A stretch of 64,000 bases of DNA, taken from Mytilus trossulus. Taxonomy: Eukaryota. A program made the position numbers and the translations under genes. Shown in pieces: positions 52,536-64,000 of the stretch; position 1 is the first letter of the stretch, and each line of letters opens with the position of its first letter. The stretch spans positions 60,388,001 through 60,452,000 of the forward strand of contig NC_086382.1 in the NCBI RefSeq assembly GCF_036588685.1. Reading direction: 5' to 3'. Under the pieces are notes generated by a model. That model worked only from the letters and a program-made list of their open reading frames with translations, made no database searches and had not been told where the DNA came from.

Positions 52536-54370
52536 ATTGTGCTGGATACACATATTTGTGAGCGCTCAACTCTTCCCTTACCTGTGATAACCTAGTACCA
52601 CATAAGACCAAGCTGTAAAAAATAGTAACAATTAGTTGAAAAATGATCGTAACGAGACACAACAACAACTAAAATGAAAACAGAGGCCATAAAATATCAA
52701 AATAAGAATAAAATACCTAGTTAAAAACCAATTAAAACTAAAAAATAATTCATATAAAAAAGAAGATGTGGAATGAATGCCAGTGAGACAACAGTACAGC
52801 ATTATAAAAAAATGTTCTCCCATTTAACCAATCTGAACACATTTAAAAGATTTAGTAAAAAAAATCATGTGATGTCGTATATTGTTTTACGTGTTCGCTT
52901 TTATTCTGTGTTCGGTGTTGACATGAACATCAATTATATGGTCATTTTTATAAATTTACTTTTTGCAAAAGTAAGAATTATTCTAAATACGAAGGATTTT
53001 CTTATCCCAGGCATAGATAATCTTGACCGTATTTGACACCTTTTTAGAATTTTGGGTCATCAATGCACTTCAACTTTGCACTTTTGGCTTTCTTTACTAT
53101 TTTGATCTGAGCGTCACTGGTGAGTCTAATGTAGAAGAAACGCACATATGGTGTATTAAATTATAAGCCTGGTGTCGAAATTTCCTATTGTAATGTTTAT
53201 TTCTGTATTTCTCTGTCCTGAATGTTCTTGCATTTTTTTTTTTACTGAAGTCCTATTATGTAATGTTGTCATTTTAGTGTTATATTTAGCATTGCCATAA
53301 AAGCACGAGGTTTGGCTAGCCGAAAAAACAGGTGCAAGTCACATTAATTCTTAAAATGTCCTGAACCAAGTCAAGAACATGGAAGTTGTTATCTTATAGT
53401 CCGTTTCTGTGTGTGGTACATTGACGTTGTGTTTCTTTGTTGCACTTCTGTGTTTCTGTTCTTTCGTTGTGTTTCTCCTATAGTTGATGTGTTTACCTCA
53501 ATTTATTTTGTAACCCGGTTTAGTTTTCACTCAAGCGATTTATGACTTTCGAACATAGGTATACTACTGTTGCCTTTATTTATTCACGAACAGTCTGAGA
53601 AACTCATGAACTTATTCAATACTAAAAGACAAGTAAATGTATCGATAGGATTAAAAAGATGATGAGTTGTAATAAATGTACATGCATACACTGTATTTAA
53701 TAATAAACATGTATATCTAGTTATATCTAGTTATGTTTATCTTATCATATGATGAAAATTTATTATTCATTGATATATTTCATCGACAGATTTGCGCAAT
53801 TGATATACTTTACATATCAAATATGTGGCCCGTACTAGACACACCTGAATACAACTGTGTATATGACAAGAACCCCCTCCCTTTATGTGTAGGAATATGA
53901 CACAAGTTTAACAAGTATTATAAGACGCTAAACATGATAAGTGAATAATTTACAAAGTTTTCATTCTACTCAATTAAAAGTCGGTGACGACCAATGATCG
54001 CAATTATTTGTATACCTAATAATAGGAATACGTATGTTTGGATTTCAACTTTGTTTACATCATTCCAGCAGTAGCATTTATGGATGGTGTATACAAGTTA
54101 GATATTGTGTAGATGCACCAAATTTATTAGATAAAAATATAAAGAGAATTGCGATGAATTTATTCACTTAACATGTATAGGTATCTTCAATTCGCATTTA
54201 TTTTCAAGTACGCAATATTTAAATTGATCAATTACCACTTTTCCCTAACCATATATAGAATGAAGTATATATTATCACGGAATTATCTAATTGATACAGT
54301 TAGCTGATATGCTACTTAACAGAACAACCTATACTCAGAAAGTGGCGGTTTGGCTCTTTAGTATTCAATA

Positions 54371-55226
54371 CTGTAGATTCATTTTTATTCGTGGTATACC
54401 AATTTTCGTGGGTTTCGTGGGTCACAGCGAACCACGAATTTAAGAATTCAACGAAGAATAATCCCGAAAAATGTGCATGTATGGAGTCGGATTTTTATTT
54501 CCCGGTTATATGTTATGCAGTTCTAGTATAGTGTTGACTAGCGATAAACATTGTAACATAACACGTGTTTTTTTTTATTGAAAAAAGAAATAAGTATTTT
54601 GATTAAATCTATAATAAATATATCGAATATCTGTGATAATTTACTTTTTTAAATTGATTATAACTGTTCATGGAAAATAACTGCAAGTTGTTAATTACCG
54701 TGTCATAGTTTGGTTTACTATTGATTAAAAATCAATAGGATTAAGTACGGGGATATTGCCCGTATGTAATATTGTTTATGACATGTACATTTATTTTCAC
54801 ACCTTATACTTTTATCACTGTTTATTATATCTTGATTAGGGAAATGAGATTTCAATCATAAAGTTTTGAATGCCTTATAGAATTCAGACAAGAATTCATA
54901 AATTGTAAAACAAACAAATAATTAGTTGTCTCTGACCATTATTGTAATCGAAGTTATCAATGAACACTTTAACCTAGAATGCCTAAGCTAGGATTTTGAC
55001 AATTCAAAACTTTTTCAATGAATTCCTTCTTTTTTGTTTTGTTTTATTATTGATCAAACCAAGGAGGTTAATTATATGATCTCCTAAATCAAAAAGAAAT
55101 CCACGAATTACGTATCTGATTTTTTTGTTGTTGTAATCAGCGATCCACGAATTTACATATACCACGAAACGTCTTTTTTTCTCTATCCACGAAAATTGAT
55201 ACCCACGAAAATAAATGAATCCACAG
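54371..55226. mobile_element. TA-TSD MITE present only in duplication unit A
   Basis: TA|CTGTAGATTCATTTTTATTCGTGG ... CCACGAAAATAAATGAATCCACAG|TA. Confidence 0.75.
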
Positions 55227-56343
55227 TAGTTGACCTTTTGAATTTTCAACATTGAAGTTGGAACAGTATTTACAGCTGAATTGTCCTAAACGTTGTGTCA
55301 ATTCTTGCATAGGTCATCTATGCTGGGGATAGAAACACTTTCAGTTTTCAGTTTCAAATGAATTTACTATTTTATGAGGTTGATTTACAGAAAATGATTA
55401 GATCGATGATAATATTGCATTGCAGCAAAGAAGCCCAAAACGTTAACGTACCTTGAATACGGTGGTTGTAAAAACTTATCAACGATACTTCCGTTCCAAT
55501 ATTACGCCAGAAGCTCCGTACTGAACGTAAAATGTAAAAATCATGAAGTGTCATATTGAAACTGATGTACTTATTTTGAGAACATGAAACTGAAGATATT
55601 TTAAGCTGGCAGCGAACCCGGATGTAAAAACTAAAACGGACGAGAATATAGTCTATCTATTTATATAAAGTGAAATTCAAATCACCAAATTAATTTGATT
55701 AAGTTTTTCAATAATGCATCTTAAATTGATATTAATAGCTTCTTGTTTCAAGGTGTTACTATTTTTGTCAAATAGGTTAATTATTAGCTTAAAAATTCCA
55801 ATTCTGAAATTATTGGGAAACACCTTTTTACATAAATATCTGGCCAATTGAAACCTTGAACGGTTTAATTGACACTAGAATGGGGAATTTGTATATTTCA
55901 ACGTATAGAAAACGAGATAGAAAATACTTTTGAAATTTTGAAAGGTGGCAATGCCGTTTTATAAATTTCAGGTAATATGTATATAGAAAAGCGATCATTT
56001 CTTAAAATCAAGATTGCATTTACTGTTCAAAACTGAGCACACGAGACTTGAAATAAGAAAACTTAAATCAATAGGTAAGTGTTACTCAATGCAGCATTCT
56101 AAAAATAAAATGTGCAAAGTATAGTTATCATGGTTCACCCTATGTGGATAGAAAAATCTTTTAAGTTGATATTTTGTTTTAACTTTCTTATAACATCCTC
56201 AATGTATTGTCCTAATTTAACAGTATTCAGAATTACAGCCAAAACAGTTGTATATACAAAATACGTGAATAAAATGTTTATTCTGTATATTTGCATTAAA
56301 CATTTTTAAACCGAAAACCTTTTAATTGTATTTTAGAACTATA

Positions 56344-57293
56344 ATGTGTGCAGTTTCTCTCATGCCAAGAGCACCTGGTCATGATGAAGTACCCCAGCAT
56401 CCGTTAGACAGACTTGGACCATTGAGAGAAGACTACGAACTAAGAATGGGTACTTTTGAGCTATGGTCTAATCCCAGTATAAATACAAAAGACCTGTGTG
56501 ATGATGGATTTTACTACATGGGTATAGGTGATAAGGTTCAGTGTGCTTTCTGTGGGGTGTTCTGAGTGGCTGGAACTGTGGTGATAATGTTCATATTAAA
56601 CATGCTACTCATTATGGGCAATGTATAGTAGTCCGTATGGTGAAACATACCAGATATGCAGTGTATAATGAAAGACTTTCTACATACAACAACTGGCCAC
56701 AGAGTCTCAAACAGGATCCGATAGATCTAGCCGCTGCAGGCTTGTTTTATAAAGGTGAGTTGTTTTTGGTGCATTAAACATTTCAGCTCTGTGTTTTATT
56801 CCTTATTTCTAGAGTAACATAACATATTGAAAAACGCGTTATTTGTATTTAATAGAAATAAGAAGATGTGGTACAAGTGCCAAGGAGACAATTCTCTATC
56901 CATGTTACAAGGTGTAAAAAGTAAACAATTCAAAATACAGTCTTGAACACGGGGGTTTGCTTACACTGAACAGTAAGCTATAAAGGGCCCCAATATGACT
57001 AGTGTAAAACAATCTAATAGTAAAATCAACGGTATAATCTATATAAAAAAAGGGAAAAGCATACATTCGCCTCACTAAATAATGTATATTGTTATATATA
57101 TATGAGTGTATATGTTTTAGGAGAACATGATATATGTGCATGTTACATGTGTGGAGGACACATAGCAGAATGGGAAGAGGATGATATACCTGAAATCGAG
57201 CACAAACGATTGTTTCCAACTTGCCCACTAAGTCAAAGATCTGAAAGTAACATTTCCTTTATATGTCAAATTGGTTTTGAAAGACAAAATTAA
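56344..57293 (+). pseudogene. Frameshifted BIR-BIR IAP copy (IAP-3); exons 56344-56754 and 57121-57293
   Basis: TGTGGGGTGTTCTGA versus TGTGGGAGTGTTCTG in the paralogue is a 1-bp deletion at about 56557 inside BIR1. Also TTA>TAA near the C-terminus. Confidence 0.8.
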
Positions 57294-58516
57294 ATGATAG
57301 AGGACACAGAATGTCTTTAAGTTGTGATTAATATTCTGATAAAAATAGAATGTATATTTGCACCAAATAGTGTTCTTGCTATATGCATCGCTTGGAAGAG
57401 GAGGTGACTGCATCACCAGGAAGAACATAATTTATGGAACTTACTTAACTTTGGATCAAATGTCCCGCCAGAAAAAAAAAACAGAACAAAAGTTGAATCA
57501 TAAGGATTGCATATCTTTGGAGACATTCTTCTTGACAAGCTGTTTGATTATATATATATAATCATAAAAAAAATTGTTAAATACATATTATATATTAACA
57601 GTTTTCAATCAATGTGACTTTTTATTACGTTTTCAAACGATACCAGAGTGAAGGTTTCTTATAAATCTTACAAATTTATTAATAATTGACGTGGTAACAA
57701 TTGTCATACATACAAGAAATTGTGTATGCAGTTACCAATTATAGCATATCAATAATGTGGCTAAATAACTTTCCCGTTTTATCCAAGGAATTATGTGTTG
57801 ATAAATATGGAAAACTACATCTATACGGACTAAGAAAATCAATCCTAGGGTAGAATATCCTTAGAATTTCGAATACTTCAATATTTTTACAGTAAATTTA
57901 ACAAAAATTAACGTATCAGTAATGTTTGAAAAATATCATACTTGTAAAAGAGGGACAACTCATACAAGAGGGATACTCAAACTCATAGATCTAACACAAA
58001 CCGAAACCACCATGGCTAAAAAAGAAAAAAAGATACAGAAAGATACTATTACACAAGACACAACATAGAAAACTAAAGACTAAGGAACACGAAAGATTAA
58101 ACAAAAGTAGATATAGTAATAGACCTTTTCAACAATTGTCTACACCTACAGTTGAGCACGACTACGACAGGTAAAATGTGAGAGTCGTCGCAAAAAATAA
58201 TTGAAAATAATACTTTACATCACTAAGAGATTTAATGCTTGAAATTTATATGATTTGTTTGATTTGATCAACTCATTTTCTTTACGGTAAAAAAAGAGAA
58301 GAAGAAAATCAGATTAATAAAAAACAAAAAACAAACAGCGATCTCTGATCGACTAAAAAGGAATCAAATATGGAGGCGAAGCATAATTGCCAAGGTGCAA
58401 AGGCCGTACACAGTATCAACATTTTGAGGACTTGGTTCAGGCGCACAAAACTTGCGACGGGGTTTAATTAATGTAATTAAAAAAAGAAAATAAAAAAACA
58501 AACTACTTTATATATA

Positions 58517-59700
58517 AAAGAAGATGTGGTATTATTGCCAATGAGACAGCAATCCACAAAAGACCAAAATGACACAAACATTAACAACTATAGGTCACCG
58601 TACGGCCTTCAACAATTAGCAAAGCCCATACCGCATAGTAAGCTATAAAAGGCCCCGATAAGATAATGTAAAACAATTCAAACGAAAAAACTACCGGCCT
58701 TATTTTTGTAAAAAAATAAACGAGAAACAAATATGTAACACATAAACAAACAACAACCCCCCCCCTAACCTGGGACAGTGGTATAACAGTACAACATAAG
58801 AAACGAACTATAAAAATCAGTTGAAAAAGGCTTAACTCATCAGATAGACAAAAAATAAAAGTGGACGTGGCCGGGTACTTATACATCCCGACACAAAAAG
58901 ACACAATGTACAGATCTGACAGAACTCGCAGTTATCTGACAGCTAGTTCAAAGCCACTAACAACTAATCAAAAAATCATGCCTCTAAGACTAAAGACTCA
59001 ATCCGTTCACATCCAACATACAATGGATTTAGTGTAAAGACGCCATAAACAGCCAGAGAAAAACATGACCTTGTGTAATGCCAAGTTACAGGTATCGACA
59101 GATTGCAGATTCATGAAATTGTATTTGTATATAACATACGAGTAATATTTAGTTAGCTTTTAATCTACTGATAACAAAATCAACATTTATACCAATAAAA
59201 ACAATATTCAATGATCTTATAACAGTGTTGAAAAGGTAACCTTTTAGAATAAGTTTATTCAAAGGAGCAACAAGTTTACATGGATCATTTCTAAATTTCC
59301 GGGTACGGTTAACACCATTTCCGTAAAAATGAGGATGTGCTATTCCGTTTGAAATAAGTTTTCTACAGGTACAACCAAACTTCAAAACCAAATCTTTATA
59401 TCTATGGAAAAATTAGGAAAGGTTTTAAGTAATTTATGGTAACGATATCCCTGGTTTAATAATTTACTAATAATACATAGGTTGCGTTCGTTAAAATCAA
59501 AAACGTCACAACAGACACGGGCATAGCGAACAAGTTGTGAAAAATAAACACCGTAAGATGGTGCCAAAGGTACATCATCATCTAAAAATGGAAAATTAAC
59601 AATAGGGAACGAAAAATCGTCTCTTTTGTCGTAAATTAAAGTGTGTAGTTTCCCGTTTAAAACCGAAATATCTAAATCCAGGAACGGACAGTTATTACCG
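58517..59700 (-). mobile_element. 3' portion of a Penelope-like retroelement (RT C-terminus plus about 630-bp 3' UTR)
   Basis: CPFLDL..., IYDKRDDFSFPIVNFPFL, YGVYFSQLVRYARVC, KLLNQGY. One frameshift; ORF ends ISRLKAN* at 59149. Confidence 0.8.
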
Positions 59701-61267
59701 AACATGTATACACTGTATATAGCAATATACATAAAATAAATAAAATTGAGAATGGAAATGGGGAAAGGTGTCAAAGAGACAACAACCCGACCAAATAAAA
59801 ACAACAGCAGAAGGTCACCAACAGGTCTTCAATGTAGCGAGAAATTCCCGCACCAGGAGGCGTCCTTCAGCTGGCCCCTAAACAAATATATACTAGTTCA
59901 GTGATAATGATTATTTAGTTATATCTAGTTATGTTTATCTTATCATATGATGAAAATTTATAATTCATTAATCTATTTAATCCTCTGAAATGCGCAATTG
60001 ATATGTTTTACATATCAAATATGTGGCCCGTACTAGACACACCGGAATACACCTATATATATGACATGAACCTCCCTTTATGTATAGGGATATAAAACTA
60101 GTTTGACAAGTATTATAAGACGCTAAACATGATACGTTAACTATTTACAAAGTTCTCATTCTACTCAATTAAAAGTCGGTGACGACCAATGCTCGCAATT
60201 ATTTTTATACATAATAATAGGAATACGTACAATAAAGACAGAAAGGTCTGTTTCATATTTTCGCAACACCGTTCAAATTGATATTAAGTGTATGTTGCAA
60301 ATAAAATTTAACAGTCAAAAAAGAACTTTCATTTTTCTTATGTTTGGTTTAACTTTGTTTACAACATTCCAGCAGTAGCATTTGTGGATTGTGTATAAGA
60401 AGTATGGATATTGCTTAGATGCACCAAATTTATTAGATTGGAATATATGGAGAATTGCGATGAATTTATTTACTTAACATGTATAGGTATCTTCAATTTG
60501 CATTTTTTTTCTATTACGCAATATGTAAATTGTTAAATTACCACTTTTACCTAACTATATATATATATAGTATGAAGACTTAATTATAACGATCGAGAAT
60601 ACAGTCTTACTATTTATATTACGTGAAATTTAAATCACCAAATTAATTTAATTAAGATTTTCAATAATGCATTTTAAACTAATATTGATATCTATTTTCT
60701 TTTTAAGGTGTTACTATTATGTCAAATAGGTTAATTAAGCTTAAAAATTCCAATTCTAAAATTATTGGGAAACACCTTTTTACATAAATACCTGGCCAAT
60801 TGAAACCTACGGTTTAATTGACACTAGAGTGGGAATTTGTATATTTCAAACCAATAGAAAATACTTCTTTGAAAGGTGGCAGTGCCGTTTTATAAATTTA
60901 AGGAAATATGTATATAGAAAAGCGATCATTTCTTAAAATCAAGATTGCTTTTACTGTTCAAAACTTATCACACTAGCCTTGAATAAAGAGAACTAAAATC
61001 AATAGGTAAGTGTTACGCAATGTTGCGCTCTAAAAATAAATTCTGCAAAGTATAGTTATCACTCTTTTTATGTGGATAGAAGAATCTTTTAAGTTGATAT
61101 TCTGTTTTAACTTTCTAATAACATTCTCAATGTTATGTCCTAATTTAACAATATTCAGAATTATAGCCAAAACAGTTGTATATACAAAATACGTGTACAA
61201 AATAATGTTTACTGTGTGTATTTGAATTAAAGAACCGAAACCCATTTTATTGTATTTGAGAACTATA

Positions 61268-62238
61268 ATGTGTGCAGTTTCTCTCATGTCAAAAGTACCT
61301 GGTCGTGATGAAGACAGACTTGGACCATTGAGAGAAGACTACGAACTAAGAATGGGTACTTTTGAGCTATGGTCAAATCCCAGTATAAATACAAAAGACC
61401 TGTGTGATGATGGATTTTACTACATGGGTATAAGTGATAAGGTTCAGTGTGCTTTCTGTGGGAGTGTTCTGAGTGGCTGGAACTGTGGTGATAATGTTCA
61501 TATTAAACACGCTACTGTTTATGGGCATTGTATAGTAGTCCGTATGGTGAAACATACCAGATATGCAGTGTATAATGAGAGACTTTCTACATACACCAGC
61601 TGGCCACAGACTCTCAAACAGGATCCGATAGATCTAGCCGCTGCAGGCTTGTTTTATAAAGGTGAGTTGTTATTGGTGCATTAAGAATTTCAGCCCTGTG
61701 TTTTATTCCTTATTTCTAGAGTAACATTACATATTGAAAAATGCGTTATTTGTTTTTAACAGAAAGAAGAAGATGTGGTATAAGTGCCAATGAGACAATT
61801 CTCTATCCATGTTACAATGTGTAAAAAGTTAACAATTTAAGGTGAAAGTACAGTCTTCAACACGGGGGTTTGATCACGCCGAACAGTAAACTATAAAGGG
61901 CCCCACTATGACTAGTGTAAAACAATATAATAGTAAAATCAACGGTAAAATCTATATAAAAAAGTGAGAAGCATACATTCGCCTCACTAAATAATTGTAT
62001 ATTGTTATATTTGTTATAAATGAATGTATCTTCTTTAGGAGAACATGATATATGTGTATGTTATATGTGTGGAGGACACATAGCAGAATGGGAAGACCAT
62101 GATATACCTGAAATCGAGCACAAACAATTTTTTCCAACTTGCCCACTAAGTCAAAGATCTGAAAACAACATTTCCTTTATATGTCAAATTGGTTTTGAAC
62201 GACAAAATTTAATGATAGAGGACACAGAATGTCTTTAG
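61268..62238 (+). CDS. RING-less BIR-BIR IAP (IAP-4), about 197 aa; exons 61268-61661 and 62039-62238
   Basis: BIR1 CAFC..W..H..C, BIR2 CYMC..W..EH..FFPTC. Phase-1 intron at the same position as in IAP-1/2. Open frame of 594 nt. Confidence 0.82.
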
Positions 62239-64000
62239 TATTCCGATAAGAATAGAATGCATGTATATTTGCATCAAAGTGTGTTCTAGCTATATGCATC
62301 GCATGGAAGAGGAGGGGACTGCATCACCAGGAAGGACATAGTTTATGAAATTTACATAATTTTGGATCAAATGTGCCGCCAGAAAAACAGAACTGAAGTT
62401 AGATAATAAGGATTGCATATCTTTGGAGACATTCGTCTTGACAAGCTGTTTGATTATGTATGTATATATATATATAATCATAAAACATTTGTTAAATACA
62501 TATTATATATTTACAGTTTTCAATCAATGTTACTTTTTTTTTTATTATTAAGTTATCAAACGTTTAGTATAAGATACCAGTGTGATGGTTTCTTATAAAT
62601 CTTACAAATTTATTTATAATTGACGTGGTAACAATTTTCATATATACAAGAAATGTTTTATGCAGTAACCAATTCTAACAAATCACTAATATGGCTAAAT
62701 AACTTTTCCCGTTTTTTATCCAAGGAATTATGTATTAATAAATATGGAAAACTGCATTTATACGGACTAAGAAAATCAACCTTGGGGAAGAATATCCTTA
62801 GTATTTCGAATGATTGAATATTTTTACAGTAAATTTAACAAAAATCGTATCAGTAATGGTTGAAAAATATCCTACTAGTATAAGAGGGACAAATCATACA
62901 AGAGGGATATTCAAACTCATAGATCTAACATAAACCGAAACCACCATGGCCTAAATGTAGAAAAAATATATATATAGACAAATACTAGTACGTAAGATAG
63001 AACATAAATCTCTAAAGACTAGGAATCACGAAAGAAAGAAAAAAAAGTAGAAATAGTGATACACAAGACTCCTGTTGCCCAAACGATAATTTCTTTAGAT
63101 AAATCTAATATAATCAGCAATAATTGCACAATCCTTGATTTGGATATTTCAGTTTCACTCAATAAACTCTATACTATGATTCAAATTTAAAGGACTAATT
63201 GTTCGTTCCCTTTGGATAGTTTTCCTTTTCTCTTTTTGACGATGATTTTACTCTTTTTCTAATAAACAGTGTCTGTGGTGACATTGTATTTTTAATCAAG
63301 CACTGAAAGTGCATCAATAATAACTTATTTAAAAATCAACGATTGTTTTACTACAAATGAATTAAAACCTTTTACTAGTATTAAATTCTTTTAGTAAATG
63401 CAAATATTTGGTTTGGAAGGTTAGTTGTTTGGTTGTATCTTTGAATAAGCATATTCTCAATTGTTATAAATCTAACATTGTAACAAGGTCTTTGAAGTTA
63501 TATTTTCATTGGTTACTTACGATGATAGTCTTATCAATAAATCATAGCAGAACCAAGTATGTATTGTACATCCTTAAGATACTATTATTTTGACATTGCA
63601 AAAGGTCATGATTTCCCTTACTATTTATGATGTCTTTATATTAAACCAATTCGAAGTGTTCTGATTGATATTTCTCGGATAAGCTATTTGTTGTTTGCAA
63701 TTTTGAAGCTGCAAGTACTCTCATATAAGTTCCCTATCTCATACCGTTTTCATACTTTGTATCGAAAAGTACAACATATTTCAACTGATTTTTATTGTTC
63801 TAACTTTTGTAGTGATATACCAAGTACCACTATACCAAGTAAGTTGTACGGCTGGGCGTCCGCACACATGTAAACCACCGCCGTGTTCTGTATGCATTGA
63901 GCCGGTTATTCAGTGGTTGTCGTTTATTTGCAATATATCATATTTTTTTTCAACTGGTCTTTTGATACCCTCTACAAAATTCAGGCAATTTGTTTCTCGT

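Larger units (their letters stand above)
53710..63065 (+). repeat. Segmental tandem duplication: unit A about 53710-58125, unit B about 59915-63065, each with a BIR-BIR gene
   Basis: Colinear high identity across upstream region, exons, intron and 3' flank. A Penelope-like remnant lies between the units. Confidence 0.9.

Noticed and set aside
55815-55892. NF-kB-like sites (GGGAAACACC, GGGAATTTG) upstream of both BIR-BIR copies
   Set aside because: Neither fits GGGRNWYYCC, and conservation between recent duplicates is uninformative.
58815-58850. CTGATGAG on the minus strand as a hammerhead core
   Set aside because: No stem II followed by GAAA downstream.

Overview
AT-rich, intron-rich eukaryotic DNA. 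Gene content and repeat style suggest a bivalve mollusc, most like Mytilus (inference). Exons were assembled by hand from splice sites and reading phase. Genes: first coding exon of a CDK5RAP1/MiaB-like gene (-) head-to-head, 268 bp between the ATGs, with a 5-exon YRDC/Sua5 gene (+) whose first intron carries an intact 687-aa LINE RT ORF; a 2-exon TMEM35/NACHO-like gene (-); two BIR-BIR-(UBA-like)-RING IAP paralogues (+); a 3-exon claudin/PMP22-like gene (-); and a recent tandem duplication of a RING-less BIR-BIR IAP, one copy frameshifted and one intact. The rest is dense in transposon remnants: 9-bp-TSD Mutator-like MITEs, Helentron-type elements with internal tandem arrays, TTAA- and TA-TSD MITEs, and Penelope-like RT fragments. 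Best leads: (1) two tRNA-A37 modification enzymes on a probable shared promoter; (2) a D8xxD11-G12 caspase-type site at identical positions in both RING IAPs; (3) P-element-like micro-elements, including a perfect 84-bp palindrome and an exact 17-bp excision-type footprint; (4) a SECIS-like hairpin in the 3' UTR of a Penelope-like element; (5) RING-less IAP duplicates as possible decoys.
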